From: Octopus sinensis
Taxonomy: Eukaryota
Reading direction: 5' to 3'
DNA length: 64,000 bases
NCBI RefSeq assembly: GCF_006345805.1
Contig: NC_042997.1
Location: 8,804,001-8,868,000, forward strand
The position numbers and the translations under genes are program-made. How positions within the stretch are numbered: position 1 is the stretch's first letter; each line of letters opens with the position of its first letter. The notes beneath the pieces were generated by a model. The model did no database searches. It saw nothing but the letters and a program-made list of their open reading frames with translations, and was not told where the DNA came from. This document shows positions 10,850-23,895 of the stretch, piece by piece.

Positions 10850-11065
10850 TACTCACAAGGGGCTAAACACAGAGAGGACAAGCAAGGACAGACACACAGA
10901 TTAAGTCAATTATATCGACCCCAGTGCGTAACTGGTACTTATTTAATCGACCCCAAAAGGATGAAAGGCAAAGTCGACCTCGGCGGAATTTGAACTCAGA
11001 ACACAGCAACAGACGAAATACTGCTAAGCATTTCGCCCGGCATGCTAACATTTCTGCCAGCTCGC
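10850..11065 (-). mobile_element. Nin-domain-like tRNA SINE
   Basis: Reverse complement of ..gaggtcgactttgcctttcatcctttcggggtcgataaattaagtaccagttacgcactggggtcgat..; same as 24980-25208. Confidence 0.85.
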
Positions 11066-11157
11066 TGCAAGGAGGAGTATTTATCATTACCATCAACATC
11101 ATCATCATCATTGTTGTTGTTGTCGTCGTTGTTGTCATCGTCATTATCATCATTAAG

Positions 11158-11320
11158 GTGGCAAGCTGGCAGAACTATTAGCACACTAGACAAAATGCTT
11201 AGTGGCATTTCAACTGTTTACATTCTGAGTTCAAATCCTATCAAGAACAACTTTGCCTGTCACTCTTTCAGGCTTGATCGAAGAAATATCAGTTGAGCAT
11301 TGGAGTCAATGAGCTAGATC
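11158..11320 (+). mobile_element. Nin-like SINE, diverged/partial, head-to-head with the previous copy
   Basis: gcaagctggcagaactattagcacactagacaaaatgcttagtggcatttc..ctgagttcaaatcc. Confidence 0.7.
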
Positions 11321-11555
11321 TGGATTGTATGCTGGGTATGGCATCAGTTCAATCCACTCAAGTTCTTGGAGTTTATTCTGGGTCATTCGAGCAGCATGAA
11401 GGTTTGTGCTGTTTTGTGCAGAAGAGCTTGCTTTTAGTTAACCAATATAGGATAGTTTTGCAACACCATGGCATACATTTACTTTAACTATTTCGAGTAC
11501 AGGTTGGCATCAGTAGTTTGAGCATCCAGAATGAACTCATTGATATACAGGAAAT

Positions 11556-11866
11556 GGTGGCGGCACATGGCCTAGTGGTTAGAGCAGCAGACTCGCGGTA
11601 GAGGAATCACGGGTTCGAATCTTAGACCGAACGATGTGTGTGTTTATGAGCGAAACACCTAAGCTCCACGCGGCTCCAGCAGAAGGTAATGGCGAAACTT
11701 CTGCTGACTCTTTCGCCATAACTTTCTCTCATTCTTTCCTCCTGCATCTTGCAGCTCACCTGCGATATACCGGCATCCCATCCAGGTGGGGAACCTATAC
11801 GCCAAGAAACCGTGAAACCGGCCCTTATGAGCCAGGCATGGCTCGAGAAGGAACAAACAACAACAA
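11556..11866 (+). mobile_element. tRNA(Arg)-like-headed SINE with Meta-like domain, near full length
   Basis: A box tggcctagtgg, loop gactcgcggt (TCG), B box ggttcgaatc; ..catcccatccaggtggggaa..; tail caaacaacaacaa. Confidence 0.85.
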
Positions 11867-11961
11867 TATACAGGAAATCTGAATTAAACATAGCAAGTAA
11901 AAGATTGTATTAACCTTTACTATATTTAATGTAAAACAATGAAGCATTTGTCAAGATATTA

Positions 11962-12180
11962 AAGGCAGCAAGCTGGCAGAATTGTACCATGCCAAACAAA
12001 ATGCTTAGTGACATTTTGTATGTCTTTACATACCTACTTCAAATTTCACTGAGATCGACTTACCCTTTCATATTTTTGGAGTTGATGAAATGAAATAAGT
12101 ACCAATTGAGTATTGGAGTTGATGAGACCAACTAGCCTCCTCCCAAAACCTCTAGGTCTTGTGCCTATAGTAGAAAAATT
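11962..12180 (+). mobile_element. Diverged Nin-like SINE
   Basis: aaggcagcaagctggcagaa..aaatgcttagtgac..ccctttcatatttttggagttgatgaaatgaaataagtacc. Confidence 0.65.
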
Positions 12181-12229
12181 AGTACAGTTTATATTGAGAA
12201 ATTGTTGTTGTTTAGTACCCAGTCTGGTG

Positions 12230-12430
12230 AAGGTGCATGGCCTAGTGGTTAGGCTATTCAGCTCATGATTGGGAGTTTGATACAAGTGGTGCAAGGCACT
12301 TTATTTAACATTGCTCTTTTGCTCAGCTGGTGAAAATGAGTAGCACCAGTATTTCAAAGGGCCAGCCTTGTCACCATTTGTGTTACACTGAATCTCTCAG
12401 AAAACTATGCTAACGGTACCCATATCTGTG
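12230..12430 (+). mobile_element. Diverged tRNA-headed SINE
   Basis: gcatggcctagtggttagg head; ..cagctggtgaaaatgagtagc.. Confidence 0.55.
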
Positions 12431-12444
12431 AAGTGCTCAGCCAC

Positions 12445-12643
12445 TTGTATACTCTTTTACTCTTTACAGTCATTTGACTGCGGCCATGCTAGAGCACCAC
12501 CTTTAGTCGAGCAAATCGACCCCAGGACTTATTCTATCGGGCTCTTTTGCCGAACCGCTAAGTTACGGGGATGTAAATACACCAGCATCGGTTGTCAAGC
12601 AAGTTTGAGGGGACAAACATACACACACAAACACACACACACA

Positions 12644-12674
<31 letters not shown>

Positions 12675-12842
12675 CACATATACGACGGGCTTCTTTCAGT
12701 TTGCATCTACCAAATCCACTCACAAGGCTTTAGTCAGCCAGAGGCTATAGTAGAAGGCACTTGCCCAAGGTGCCACACAGTGGGACTGAATCTGGAACCA
12801 TGTGGTTGGTAAGCAAGCTACTTACCACACAACCACTCCTGC
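12445..12842 (-). mobile_element. CORE-like (OR2-type) SINE, full length
   Basis: Reverse complement of the 16013-16426 family over its whole length. Confidence 0.9.
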
Positions 12843-14504
12843 ACCTAATTTCCCAAGCAGACTGTTCTGTTGATCAGGTCAACTGGAAACCTCATTGTCA
12901 TAACCGGAAGAGTGCCAGTGTCCAGTTCTGTCTGAAGTGCAAAAAATATTAGAAGACACTTACTCAAAGTGCTGAACAGTGAAACTGAACCTGAAATCAT
13001 GTGATCAAGAAGCAGCCATATAATTTCAGTTACTACCAGTACTGCTGTATATTGTAAATACTAGGTATTGTGTGTTATTCATGTGGTAACACAGTGACAT
13101 GTTTTCCATTGTCCATCCCTTTTTTTTTTTAATAGAGGCATAGAACTACCAAATATTTCCATTTTTAAGGTGCGAATTTTAGCATCAGATTGATTCAGAA
13201 TTTTAATGATAGGTGTCACTGGTCAGCTATGACTTCTTTTTAATGGATTTTGGTAAATGCTTGTCAGTTCATAAAAGCAAGTACACCAGTTCTTTAACAC
13301 TTAATTCACTGTGTCCTAGTGAAGTGATAGCGAAAAGTGTACACTTGATCTCTGCCATATGGAGTTGATATATAGTAGATAAATATTTTATTTCCAATAT
13401 TAGTATAATTTTTTTATATTCTAGCAGAAAATATGATATAAAATGAATTAACAGGAATTTTATTTGTTGGCTAATAAAAAATGTGATGTGCTGTAAAATT
13501 GTTTTGCTTGTGTAGTTTCTGTATTAGAAATGAATAGATATCACAAGTAATAAAAGTAGAAGTATAACATAAAGAGAACTTTGTGTTGAATTTTCATTTA
13601 TTTCCAACAAAATATATATTACAAAACTTAGTCAGACATTATACAATGAGTAACAGTAAAACCGGTTGCTGTTGGTGGGGAAGAGTTGAGCTTATAATAA
13701 GGTGATTTGAAAGAATCTAGCCTGCTCTTCCTTTTTCACACTATGTCACGTAAACATGCAAGGAAGTCTTTTTTTTTTTCTTTTTCTAACTGAAAAATAA
13801 ATACTCAGTGTGTACATGAGGAAATGATTCTTAACGTGGAGTTCTTGACTGCATTAGAAACATTGGAAAATAGTCATTTTACCATATATACACACAGGAA
13901 TAAACACTCATGCGCATACACACACACACCGTTTTTTGACTGGAAACATTTTCTGCACGTGAAACAGGCTAGGCATGTTCTGCTGTACTTTATTTTTAGA
14001 TTGAGATCATAAAGTAATAAACCAGTGCATTTTTTTATGGTCCACACATGCCGTTTCAGTTTTTAATCCCAGCTTACAAGAGGATTGAAGCCGAATACTT
14101 CAGATTAGAGAAGCAAAAGGGGTTGTTAGAATGAGGGTAATTTACAAAAAATACAACAGATAACTCAACAAAAGGACATTTATATGTTGGCTAAATTGCA
14201 ACACATAACCGAAGGTTCAATATAGCATGTAGAATAAGTCATTTTAACTGTTGAAGGTTAAAGGGGTATTTCTGCATGTTGTCACCTCATGTCATGCAAC
14301 CTTTATCCATATATTATCCTGTTCATAAGTGATTCTTTACATTAAGGGGTAGCAAATGACAGCCTGAGCTCCATATGAAACAAATAGCTACTTTAATATA
14401 TACCTCATCACATGTAGAAACATATTGGAAAACCTGCCACCATGTTACCACATGAAAAACATACAATACCTAGTATTAACAATATACATCACTACTGCTA
14501 GTAC

Positions 14505-15090
14505 CTGAAACTATGTGGTTGTTTCTCAATCACATGGTTTTGGGTTCAGTCTCACTGTGTGGCACCTTGGGTAAATTTCTACCACAATAACTCCCAGTTT
14601 GACCAAAGCTTTGTGAACAGATATGACCCATTGTGTGTGTGTATGTAGTTATATATGTATGCATGTGTGTGTGTGTGTGTGTGGGAGTGTTTCTTGTGGT
14701 AAGTAGCTTGCTTACCAACCACATGGTTCTGGGTTCATTCCCACTGCATGGCACTTGGGCAAGTGTCTTCTACTATGGCCTCAGGCTATAGTAGATTTGG
14801 TAGTGAATTTGGTAGACAGAAACTAAAAGAAGCCCATCGTATATATGTATATATATATATGTATGTGTGCGTATATATTTGTGAGTCTGTTTATCCGCCC
14901 CAAAACATCGCTTGACAACTGATGCTGGTGTGTTTATGTCCCCGTAACTCAGTGGTTCAGCAAAAGAGACTGATAGAATAAGTACTAGGCTTACAAAGAA
15001 TAAGTCCTGGGGTCGCTTTGCTCAACTAAAGGTGGTGCTCCAGCATGGCCACAGTCAAATGACTGAAACAAGTAAAAGAGTAAAAGAGTT
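14505..15090 (+). mobile_element. Partial OR2-type head (14505-14630) followed by a full OR2-type SINE (14690-15090)
   Basis: The catggtt..ggttca.tc.cactg..tggcac(c)ttggg block occurs twice; full tail ends gagtaaaagag. Confidence 0.85.
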
Positions 15091-15239
15091 GTCTTGATCG
15101 ACATGTCCAAAAAGAGGAAAGTATTACTTTGCTTGGAAACAGGGGGGGGGGGGTTAATGACTGGTAGGGCATCTCTTTATAAAATAAAAAATTACCTCAA
15201 CAATCTGACCCATGCAAGCATGGAAAAGTAAACATTAAA

Positions 15240-15276
<37 letters not shown>
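15090..15276 (+). mobile_element. RTE-type 3' tail ending in (GAT)n
   Basis: acccatgcaagcatggaaaagtaaacattaaaatgatgatgat..; same terminus as 26640-26680 and 31560-31630. Confidence 0.7.
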
Positions 15277-15278
<2 letters not shown>

Positions 15279-16012
15279 GCAGTGAGTTTCACATCTTGCT
15301 ATAATTCTAACAACCACACAAAAATTACCCATCCAATTAATGGGTAGTCTTGTAAGCTGGAAGATGTGATACTTTATCTATTGTGTTTGATTGTGATTTG
15401 AAGATTTCACTATAGAATCAAGGATGAATTTGTTGCATCTACCATGCTTTAGCAAAAATTATTTGAGGGATCGTCATAGTTTCAAGCAGATGCTGACATT
15501 TCTCTTGCCCTTCACTCAACAGAACATCAAATTTGTGAAAGCTAGAGGGAGAGAGAGAGACAGAAAGAGAGAGAGAGAATTTCTTTATTCACCATAAGGT
15601 TGAGAAAAAGAGGAGACGATACGAGGACAGAGAAAACAAACATTGGGGTCAGGGTATCAGGGTATCGAATGAGACGAAACGTATGAATAAACAAACAAAA
15701 TATATACAATTAAATGAGAATGAGTGATTTACAAAAAAGAAGCGGGGGACACAGTCGACCCCACAAACCACATACTCACACTGAAGACTTTGCTTTCTCC
15801 TCTTTTAGCTCCACCATGAGTTGGCTAGTGCTCATCATAGCTAAGTAAACTGGTGCAATATGAAATGCTGTGCCTTGGGCAAGGACAAACTGTACCAGCC
15901 CTGTCCAGAAATGAAACCCACAACTTCATAATCATGAGCCCAACATTCCTAACCATGTGGCCACCCATTTTCTAAATTTTGTTTAATGTCTTTTTGTTTC
16001 TTAAGAACATCA

Positions 16013-16186
16013 TAGGCGCAGGAGTGGCTGTGTGGTAAGTAGCTTGTTTACCAACCACATGGTTCTGGGTTCAGTCCTACTGCATGGCACCTTGGGTTAG
16101 TGTCTTCTACTATAGCCTCAGGCCGACCAAAGCCTTGTGAGTGGATTTGGTAGACGAAACTGAAAGAAGCCCGTCGTATATATGTT

Positions 16187-16217
<31 letters not shown>

Positions 16218-16426
16218 TTGTGTGTCTGTGTTTGTCCCCCTAGCATTGCTTGACAACCGATGCTGGTGTGTTTATGTCCCCGTTACTTAGCGGTTCGGCA
16301 AAAAGAGACCGATAGAATAAGTACTGGGCTTACAAAGAATAAGTCCCGGGGTCGAGCTGCTCGATTAAAGGCGGTGCTCCAGCATGGCCGCAGTCAAGTG
16401 ACTGAAACAAGTAAGAGTAAAGAGTA
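16013..16426 (+). mobile_element. CORE-like (OR2-type) SINE, full length
   Basis: ggcgcaggagtggctgtgtggtaag head, ggttcagtcc B-box-like, ggcaccttgggttagtgtcttc core, standard tail. Confidence 0.9.
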
Positions 16427-16523
16427 ATGTGTTTGGGAGAAGTGTTGCCTGCAGTTGGTGGCAGGTTGAAATGGCTGTACAGGGACTCATACGTAAAATA
16501 TATCACATCTTGTAAAATATGAA

Positions 16524-16990
16524 GGCTCGTGGCTCAATGGTTAGAGCATCAGGCTCACAATCATGAGGTTTGTTCCTTCTCAAGCCATGCCTGGCTCGTA
16601 AGGGCCAGTTTCACGGTTTCCTTGGCATATAGGTTCCCCACCTGGACGGGACGCCGGTCTGTCGCATGTGAGCTGCAAGATGCAGGAGGAAAGAGTGAGA
16701 GAAAGTTGTGGCGAAAGGGTCAGCAGAAGTTTGCCATTACCTTCTGCCGGAGCTGCGTGGAGCTTAGGTGTTTCGCTCATAAACACAAACACACACATCA
16801 CCCAGTCTGAGATTCGAACCCATGATCTTTCAACTGCGAGTCTGCTGCTCTAACCACTAGGCCATGTGCCTCCACAATCATGAGGTAGTGTGTTTGATTT
16901 CCAGACCAGGCAGTGTGTTGTGTTCTTGAACAAGATACTAACTTTATTTTGTGTTACTACAGCTCACTCAGCTGAAGAAATGAGTTGTGA
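16524..16990 (+). mobile_element. tRNA-headed SINE interrupted by a nested tRNA(Arg)-type SINE
   Basis: The host SINE sequence resumes after the insert; 14-bp duplication cacaatcatgaggt at 16556-16569 and 16873-16886. Confidence 0.8.
16570..16872 (-). mobile_element. Nested tRNA(Arg)/Meta-like SINE with 14-bp target-site duplication
   Basis: Reverse complement of the 11556-11866 family. Confidence 0.9.
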
Positions 16991-17009
16991 CGTCACTGGA
17001 GATGGAGAG

Positions 17010-17190
17010 ATTGGAGGTGGAGGAGGAAGAGGAGGGGTAGGAGGAGGAGGAGGAGGGGAGGAGGTGGTAGAGGAGATAGATGACGTAGTGGAAGAGGCGG
17101 TGGGAAGAAGAAGGTGGGGAGGTAAGGGAGGAGGAAAAGGTCAAAGAGAGGGTAGTAGTAGTAGTAGGAGGAGGAGGAGGGAGAGGAATT
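17010..17190. repeat. Purine-rich (GGA)n low-complexity tract
   Basis: Directly visible. Confidence 0.85.
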
Positions 17191-18939
17191 GCAAAAATAT
17201 TTTCAACATTTCTCAACTTATTCAAAATTGATGGCTGAATGATGCAGCTGCAGAATTAAATGGAAAAGAGGCATATATTGTTAGGCTTGAAGGTGAAGGG
17301 CACACATTGTAAGGCTTTGAAAAGAAGGAACACACTGTAGAGATAACCTAAAAGTATTGAATACCTCGATACCAGTCCTAGATAGATTTAATCCATCATC
17401 TGGCTTAACACTACTACTACCTGACTCTTGGGGTTCTTTAGTAGCATCCATTTTGTTGCAAACAGTTGAGGCAGGTCTCTGGTCTAAGATAAGTTTTCCT
17501 CTTCCTCCCATCAGTTGCAGAGCTCTTTTAAATGGTCATAAGCATTGCCCCTTTCTCCTCTGAGTAATCAATGAAATAATTTTCTTCATCATCATCATCA
17601 TCAACATGTTAAATGTTGCTCTCAGTAGCAGCACCATTACTGACTTACTGACATCATCATCTTCATCGTCATTATCATCACAATCAACAATATCATCATT
17701 TATCATCGTCGTTGGCGCCATTGTTATCATCATCATCATGATTTGTTTCTATGCCAGCCCTGCAAAAACCTCCACTTTATCTCTTTCTACCTTGTTCATA
17801 TTCCAAATGCTCCCATTTATTTACATAATGATAAAGGACTTTAAAAAAAAAATGTGAAGAGAAGAAAAAATTTTTTTAATTAAATAAGATACCAATAATG
17901 GTATAAATCTGAATTATATGCTCAACTACCTAACACCTTCAGTCAAAAGTTTTTCTGCTTCTGTTATTGTTGTGGCTGTTGTTATCACTGTTTAGCAGTA
18001 TTTCAAAAGATTCTCAATATATTAGTCACCTTTGTGTAATTTCCTATCACAATTTGACTAAAAGACTAAAAGTCTATTTGTATGTCACTGACTTAGTGTT
18101 TCTTTTTCTTATGCTTTACAACTCCAATAATTTTCTTTACTTTCAATATTCTTTAGGCCAGGATTCAAATATGTTTTTATTTGCTTTTATGTTCAGCATT
18201 TCCTGAAACAGTTATACTTCTTTATAATAGTGTAAAATCTTCTTCCATTCATCTATTCCTCTCTCCCTCTTACCATCTCTCCATCTCTCTGTCTCTCCAG
18301 CTTAATCAAATATACTTCACTATTTTCTATTTATTAATGCTTGTATATTATATTATTTTCCTTTCTCTCTGTTTTCTCAATTTCTCTTCCTCTCAATCTC
18401 TTACTGCATCTATCTGTCTGTGTCCCTCCTTTTCCTTCTCCTTTTTTCCTTTTGCTGTCTCCCTTGTTCCTTCCTTTTTTTGTCTAGTTAACCCTGTTAT
18501 TTTCCAAGAGATACTATAAGTTTTCTTTATTGGTTATTTATTGGTAACACAGCATTTTTTCTTTTCTCTTTCTTTTCCTTTGTATTTGCTGTACTTTACT
18601 GTAAAGTGTCACATTGTATTAGAAATTATATGCAGCTTTTATAATGTTAAATGAGGTTGAGGAAAACATTCCCACACGGAAAAGACACAAGTCTAAAGCA
18701 ATATGCATGGGAGAAATTATTTCAGTTGAACACTGCAAAATAATGATGTGCTGATCATTTCTACAATGCTCCTGCTGTGTAACATTTAGTGTGATCATCT
18801 GTCTTTCCTACAGTACCTGTTGAGATTACATAAGTAATACTTTTGTAAATTCTACTAAGTCTAGAAGACAATGATATAGCAATGAAAATGAGCATCGACA
18901 TCATTATCCTTAATAGCAGCAACAACAGTAGCAGTGGAG

Positions 18940-19130
18940 GCACATGGCCCAGTGGTTAGGGCAGCAGACTCACGGTCATAAGAACGCTGTTTCAATTCTC
19001 AGACCGGGCATTATGAGTTTATTGAGCAAAACACCTAAGCTCCACGAGGCTCTGGTGGGGAGTGGTGGTGAACCTTGCTGTACTCTTTCACCACAACTTT
19101 CTCTCACTCTTTCTTCCTACTTCTTCCACA
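18940..19130 (+). mobile_element. tRNA(Arg)/Meta-like SINE, 3' truncated
   Basis: ggcacatggcccagtggttagggcagcagactcacggtc..aaaacacctaagctccacg..ccacaactttctctcactctt. Confidence 0.8.
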
Positions 19131-19519
19131 AAGCAGAGGAACCATGGTGTGGTAAACTTTCAGACCCTAGTCTAGATTGCGAATCTTCTGTACCCCAGGA
19201 TGGTTCAGCTCTCCACCTGTTAAAAAGCCACTGTTTACGGAATGAGGATAACAATGTAGCTTTCATGCCCATGCAACTGCCAATCTATCGCGTGTGATGG
19301 GTGGATCTTCAAGTTGGCACATGCATTCTTAGTAGCTTAGAGTAAGCTCGAATTAGAGATTATTCTTTGTGACTAATGGCATGAGTCCTGATTGGAAGGA
19401 GAAGAAGAAGAAGAAGAAGAAGACAACAGCAGTACCATCACCGACAACACCACCACCATCATCATCACCTCCTCAATTATCATCATTATTATCATCAAAT
19501 CACTGAGGCAGCCTGTACA

Positions 19520-19710
19520 GGGTTACACAACCATTTAGAAATAATAACCAAAAACCAAATCTTCCTTAAATTAATCCACTACTGTCTTAAACAAGGAAGG
19601 CACACATTAGATAATGTAGTCTTTTATGCTCTCCAAACAAATGAGATAGTCATTGATGGAAACCTTTTGATTATAGGTATGCTCAGTCAGAGCTGTCCTG
19701 GGGCTAAACA
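19520..19710 (+). mobile_element. SINE 3' body/tail
   Basis: ..gtcttaaacaaggaaggcacacattagataatgtagtc..cagagctgtcctggggctaaac; inverted copies at 1-200, 30600-30790 and 37620-37800. Confidence 0.6.
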
Positions 19711-21519
19711 TCATCTTCATCATCATCATTGTCAATATCACCATCAAAACCATCCTCAACATTATTGTTCATTTCCCATGTTGTCAATTGGAAAAGCTGA
19801 TGTCTGTCTCAGAGCAGAAGAAGCATTCTCTTCACCTATTAGACAGACATAAAAGTGACTTAGTCAAGGGTGTGATGATGTATTTCATAATGGTCCAACC
19901 AGCCACAACTTTGTCGTTATTTTCTTGACAATGGGTGTTACCTGTTTTTTGTTTGTTTTTTTTTTGCTATTTTAATAACTATCAGAAATATGGCTTTTCA
20001 AAGTGAAAATAAAAGCAAAACATTACATAAAAACACAAAAGAAAATTTTTAAATGTATAAACAATTAAGAAGCAAAGAAAATTTTGAAAAATGTTCTCAG
20101 CAAATTATCGGTCAGCACATTCTTAGAATAAATGACTTCTTTAGACCTAGAATATAAAGTTTACCTTTAGTGGTCCAGACATTTTACTTTTTATTTTCCT
20201 AAGTGCTTTATACATTTATTTTTTCAACAACCCAAATTTCTCATTTTCAGAGTTGAGCATTTTAGTAGAAAAGAAATATAATAAAATTATATAAAATAAA
20301 TCATTAAAAAATGATGTCAATGTTATTATTATTATTTTTATTTTTTCTCTACTTCTGTATTTATGGAAGTTTCACAAAACAGCTTTTGATAGATGTTTTC
20401 TTCCTTTATTTTATTTCTTTATTTATTTGTTGTAATATTGTTTGGCTTCTTGTACAGCAGGTGTTGTTAATGCTTTCACAGTGAAGCTCAATAATGGAAA
20501 ATGGAAATGAATCTTTACATTTGTGTGAGTTGATATCTTCAGTCTTCTACTCTATATTGATTTGAAGAATTTCATTGCTTTAGTTTTCTCTGTGATACTG
20601 ACAAAAATCTGCTTTTATTTATCTATGCTTAAAGAGGTGCAGTGGCTGACTGTTTAAAGTGCTAGCTCTATATTGACCAACTAAACATAGGTTTATTAAT
20701 TCAAATAGCTGTCGTTGCCATTGAATTGTACCCCAGAGCAATTCCCTATAATGCAGATAGGTACCACTCACAATTTCATTGATGAGGTGTTTAGTTTATT
20801 GAAAGAATCAATTTATTCATCTAAATCAGTGGCTTCCCAGGGGAACGCTTAAAGAGACAATACAAGTGAAGAACTTGTTGATGGGACAATGGATTTATGG
20901 TTATCCCTTTGATATTTCATGTATTATTATCTTTCATATGGTATTGTGATCCACTCTTTTGAATAATGCTAAAAGCTGAGGGATGCAGTGAGGATGAGGC
21001 ATAGAACCAAGAGAGCAATGGACTGAAACGATTGGAAATCACTGATCTAAATATTTTCAGTTTGCTGAACTATTCCATTCATGCAAATATGATTGAAAGA
21101 AAACTAACACTTCACTAATTCCACAAAATGAAAATGGAGAGACACAGTAGCTGTATGGTTACAGTGCAAGATTATGAATTCAACTTTCACGATTTGCAGT
21201 ATGTATTATTTCCTTGTTTGGAAAAGAAAATCTATTTTCCAAGATACTTTATAATACTTATATCAGTTTAATTCTTCACAAAACTCTGCTAAATGTTGCT
21301 TTAGAGTTTACAAATTTAATTCAGTTTTAATTTAATTTCATTCTTTTTAACCACAAATTAACAATACATTACTATCTATAAACAGACAAAGCAGAGAATT
21401 GAATACTTCTGGTCAAGAGTCTGCGACAAAAAGCAAAATTAGTATTTTCCCAATTTTTTACAAATTAATTGTTGTATTTTCATTGATCTTTTTTTTCCCT
21501 TCAAGTTATAAGGATAATC

Positions 21520-21925
21520 AAGAGATACTTGAAATTCTGCTGTCAATTATGCATTGTACTCATTATTCTCGGTGACACCTCCTGGCTTATGTTCATACCA
21601 TTTAAATGTTCTTTCAAGACCATAATTCTCATACAGTCTTCTGTGAAAATACCTGGGTATATTATCATTCTTCCTTTTATATTCGTTTACATCCAGTTTG
21701 ATACACTCACTCACAGTGTGAGAGACTGTCTCATTTTTGATGCCACACAACTCACAAAGAGTGATTCAATACTCTTATCTATTTGAAACTTGGTGTAATT
21801 AGTTCTCAAGGCTTATTCTAGAGTGTTGCAAATCGACGCCACAGTGCATCCTTTCAGATTACTTTTCCTTAACCACCTCCAGGTATTGGTCTTGTCTTTC
21901 CCTCCCATTTATCTGCGGTATTTCC
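21520..21925 (-). mobile_element. R4/Dong-like element, CCHC zinc-knuckle region
   Basis: WLRKSNLKG..ALRTNYTKFQIDK then CGIKNETVSHTVSECIKLDVNEYKRKNDNIPRYFH..KWYEHKPGGVTENNE; abuts a (TTA)n tract. Confidence 0.85.
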
Positions 21926-21945
21926 CTATTATTATTACTATTATT

Positions 21946-21978
<33 letters not shown>

Positions 21979-21999
21979 CTTTTCTTCTTCTTCTTCTTC

Positions 22000-22051
<52 letters not shown>

Positions 22052-22294
22052 CATCATCCTCATCGTCATCATCATCGTCATTATTATTATTATTATTATA
22101 TTATTATTATTATTATTATTATTGTTATTATTATTACTGCTGTTGTTTAACACCGACCAGCTTATTGTATTATATTTTCATTTGATTTCGGTATCTCTGC
22201 AAAGGATTCATATGGTTCTAGCACTGCCTTCTGTGGATGCTTTGCTTTCGCATGCATTCCTCCTATCTTTTCAATTATCTTACTCCCATTATTA

Positions 22295-22334
<40 letters not shown>

Positions 22335-22335
22335 A
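21926..22335. repeat. Compound trinucleotide SSR (TTA/GTT/TTC/ATC)n
   Basis: Directly visible. Confidence 0.95.
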
Positions 22336-23329
22336 AATAATAATAGCATTACTATTGTTGTTGTCATTGCTGTTGTTATTAGCACACTGGATGGAATGAC
22401 TAGTGAATTACATAACACAGCTGTACATAAGCAGAACTGCATAGACAAAGCAATTGACACTTAAGTCACATACCTCCTGATATAAAATATACTAATGGTT
22501 ACAAATAGAATTTGCCAACCTCTTAGCAACTTGTCTGAGATATTACTGCAATATGCATCTGCAGTGAGCATCCATAGAATTTTCTAAGCAGAACCCTGAT
22601 ATTTTCCTCTGTCTCTACACATGCACTTATTACTAATATACATCTTCCATTGTATATGCTTTATCATCACAAACTCCTCCTCCTCCTCCTCCTCCTCATC
22701 CTTTTTCGCCACCTCCTTCCATTCGCTGTATTTTGACATTGATTTTTAACTGCTAGCCTTTGCATTTGCTCTCCTTATTTCAGTATCTAGTTACTTTGCC
22801 TTTTTGTTGTTGTAGTTGTTGTTGTTGTTGTTGTTGTTGTTGCCTGATCCTTCTGTCTTCCACCCTTCAAGCTTGTTCTCTTCTCTTTTTCTCTTCCGCT
22901 CTTTTCTTCTTCCTCGTGCTACCTGCTACAACCCTATCATAATTTCATAGGCCATAATTTTGCATATTTTCATTGTCCTCTGAAGGGCTCTGCACACTAT
23001 ATTAACATAGCTGTAAAAGTGGGAATGAACAGAATATATGACAAAAGAATGGCTATTGCAGTAAACATTACGCTTTACAAAATGCACATAAGCTACAGCC
23101 CATCAAAATATAAAGCAAAGCTGCTGCCACTGCAATATGAAAGATGTTACTACACATTATTTTGCACAATTGCTTTGCATTTTCATGCCATTACACACAT
23201 CATACCCATATATATACTTGTATGTGTGTGTATCTGTGAGCATATGCTCACATGTGTGCATGTATTTGCATATATATGTTTGTGTATGTATATGTCAAAT
23301 CTATGTGTGTACACACACACAGTGATTCA

Positions 23330-23895
23330 TATACGTATATATACATATGTATATATACATACACATGTTTTATACATTATATAATATATAATGTATGTAT
23401 ATGTATATATATATATATATATATATACATATATGTATATATGTAAGTATGCATGAGGGGATAAATCTGTGTAAGTATTTATGTATGTGTGTATGTTTGT
23501 ATGTATGTATGTATGTATGTATGTATGTATGTATGTATGTATGTATGTATGTATGTATGTATGTATACACTTACATACACACATAAAGTGGTTTGGAATC
23601 CTGAGGCTGCTGCTAGAAATCATCTTGAAGCATGAAATACAATCGAGAGTGGAATGCAAAAAAAAAAAGAAAAAAAACACCATTCATCTTATATTGTCTC
23701 TTATTTCTCTGATATGTTATCAATGTTTGATCCTCACAGGACTTTTCCTTAAGACCAGGATGACTGATATTCATCATCATCATCCTCATCATCATCATCA
23801 TCATCACCATCGCTGCCACCACCACCACCACCACCACCATTATCACCATCATCACCATCACCATCATCATCATCATCATCATCATCATCATTTTC
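23330..23895. repeat. SSR cluster (AT)n, (ATGT)n, (CAT/CAC)n
   Basis: Directly visible; explains the poly-His and YVCM ORFs. Confidence 0.9.

Noticed and set aside
11556-11640. tRNA-Arg gene (also tRNA-like heads at 16.8, 18.9, 30.4 and 34.2 kb)
   Set aside because: No complete cloverleaf or acceptor stem, and each continues into a repeated SINE body.
20458-20524. Possible exon (ttgtacag| ... |gtgagt)
   Set aside because: All three frames contain stops and there is no partner exon. A non-coding exon cannot be excluded but is unsupported.
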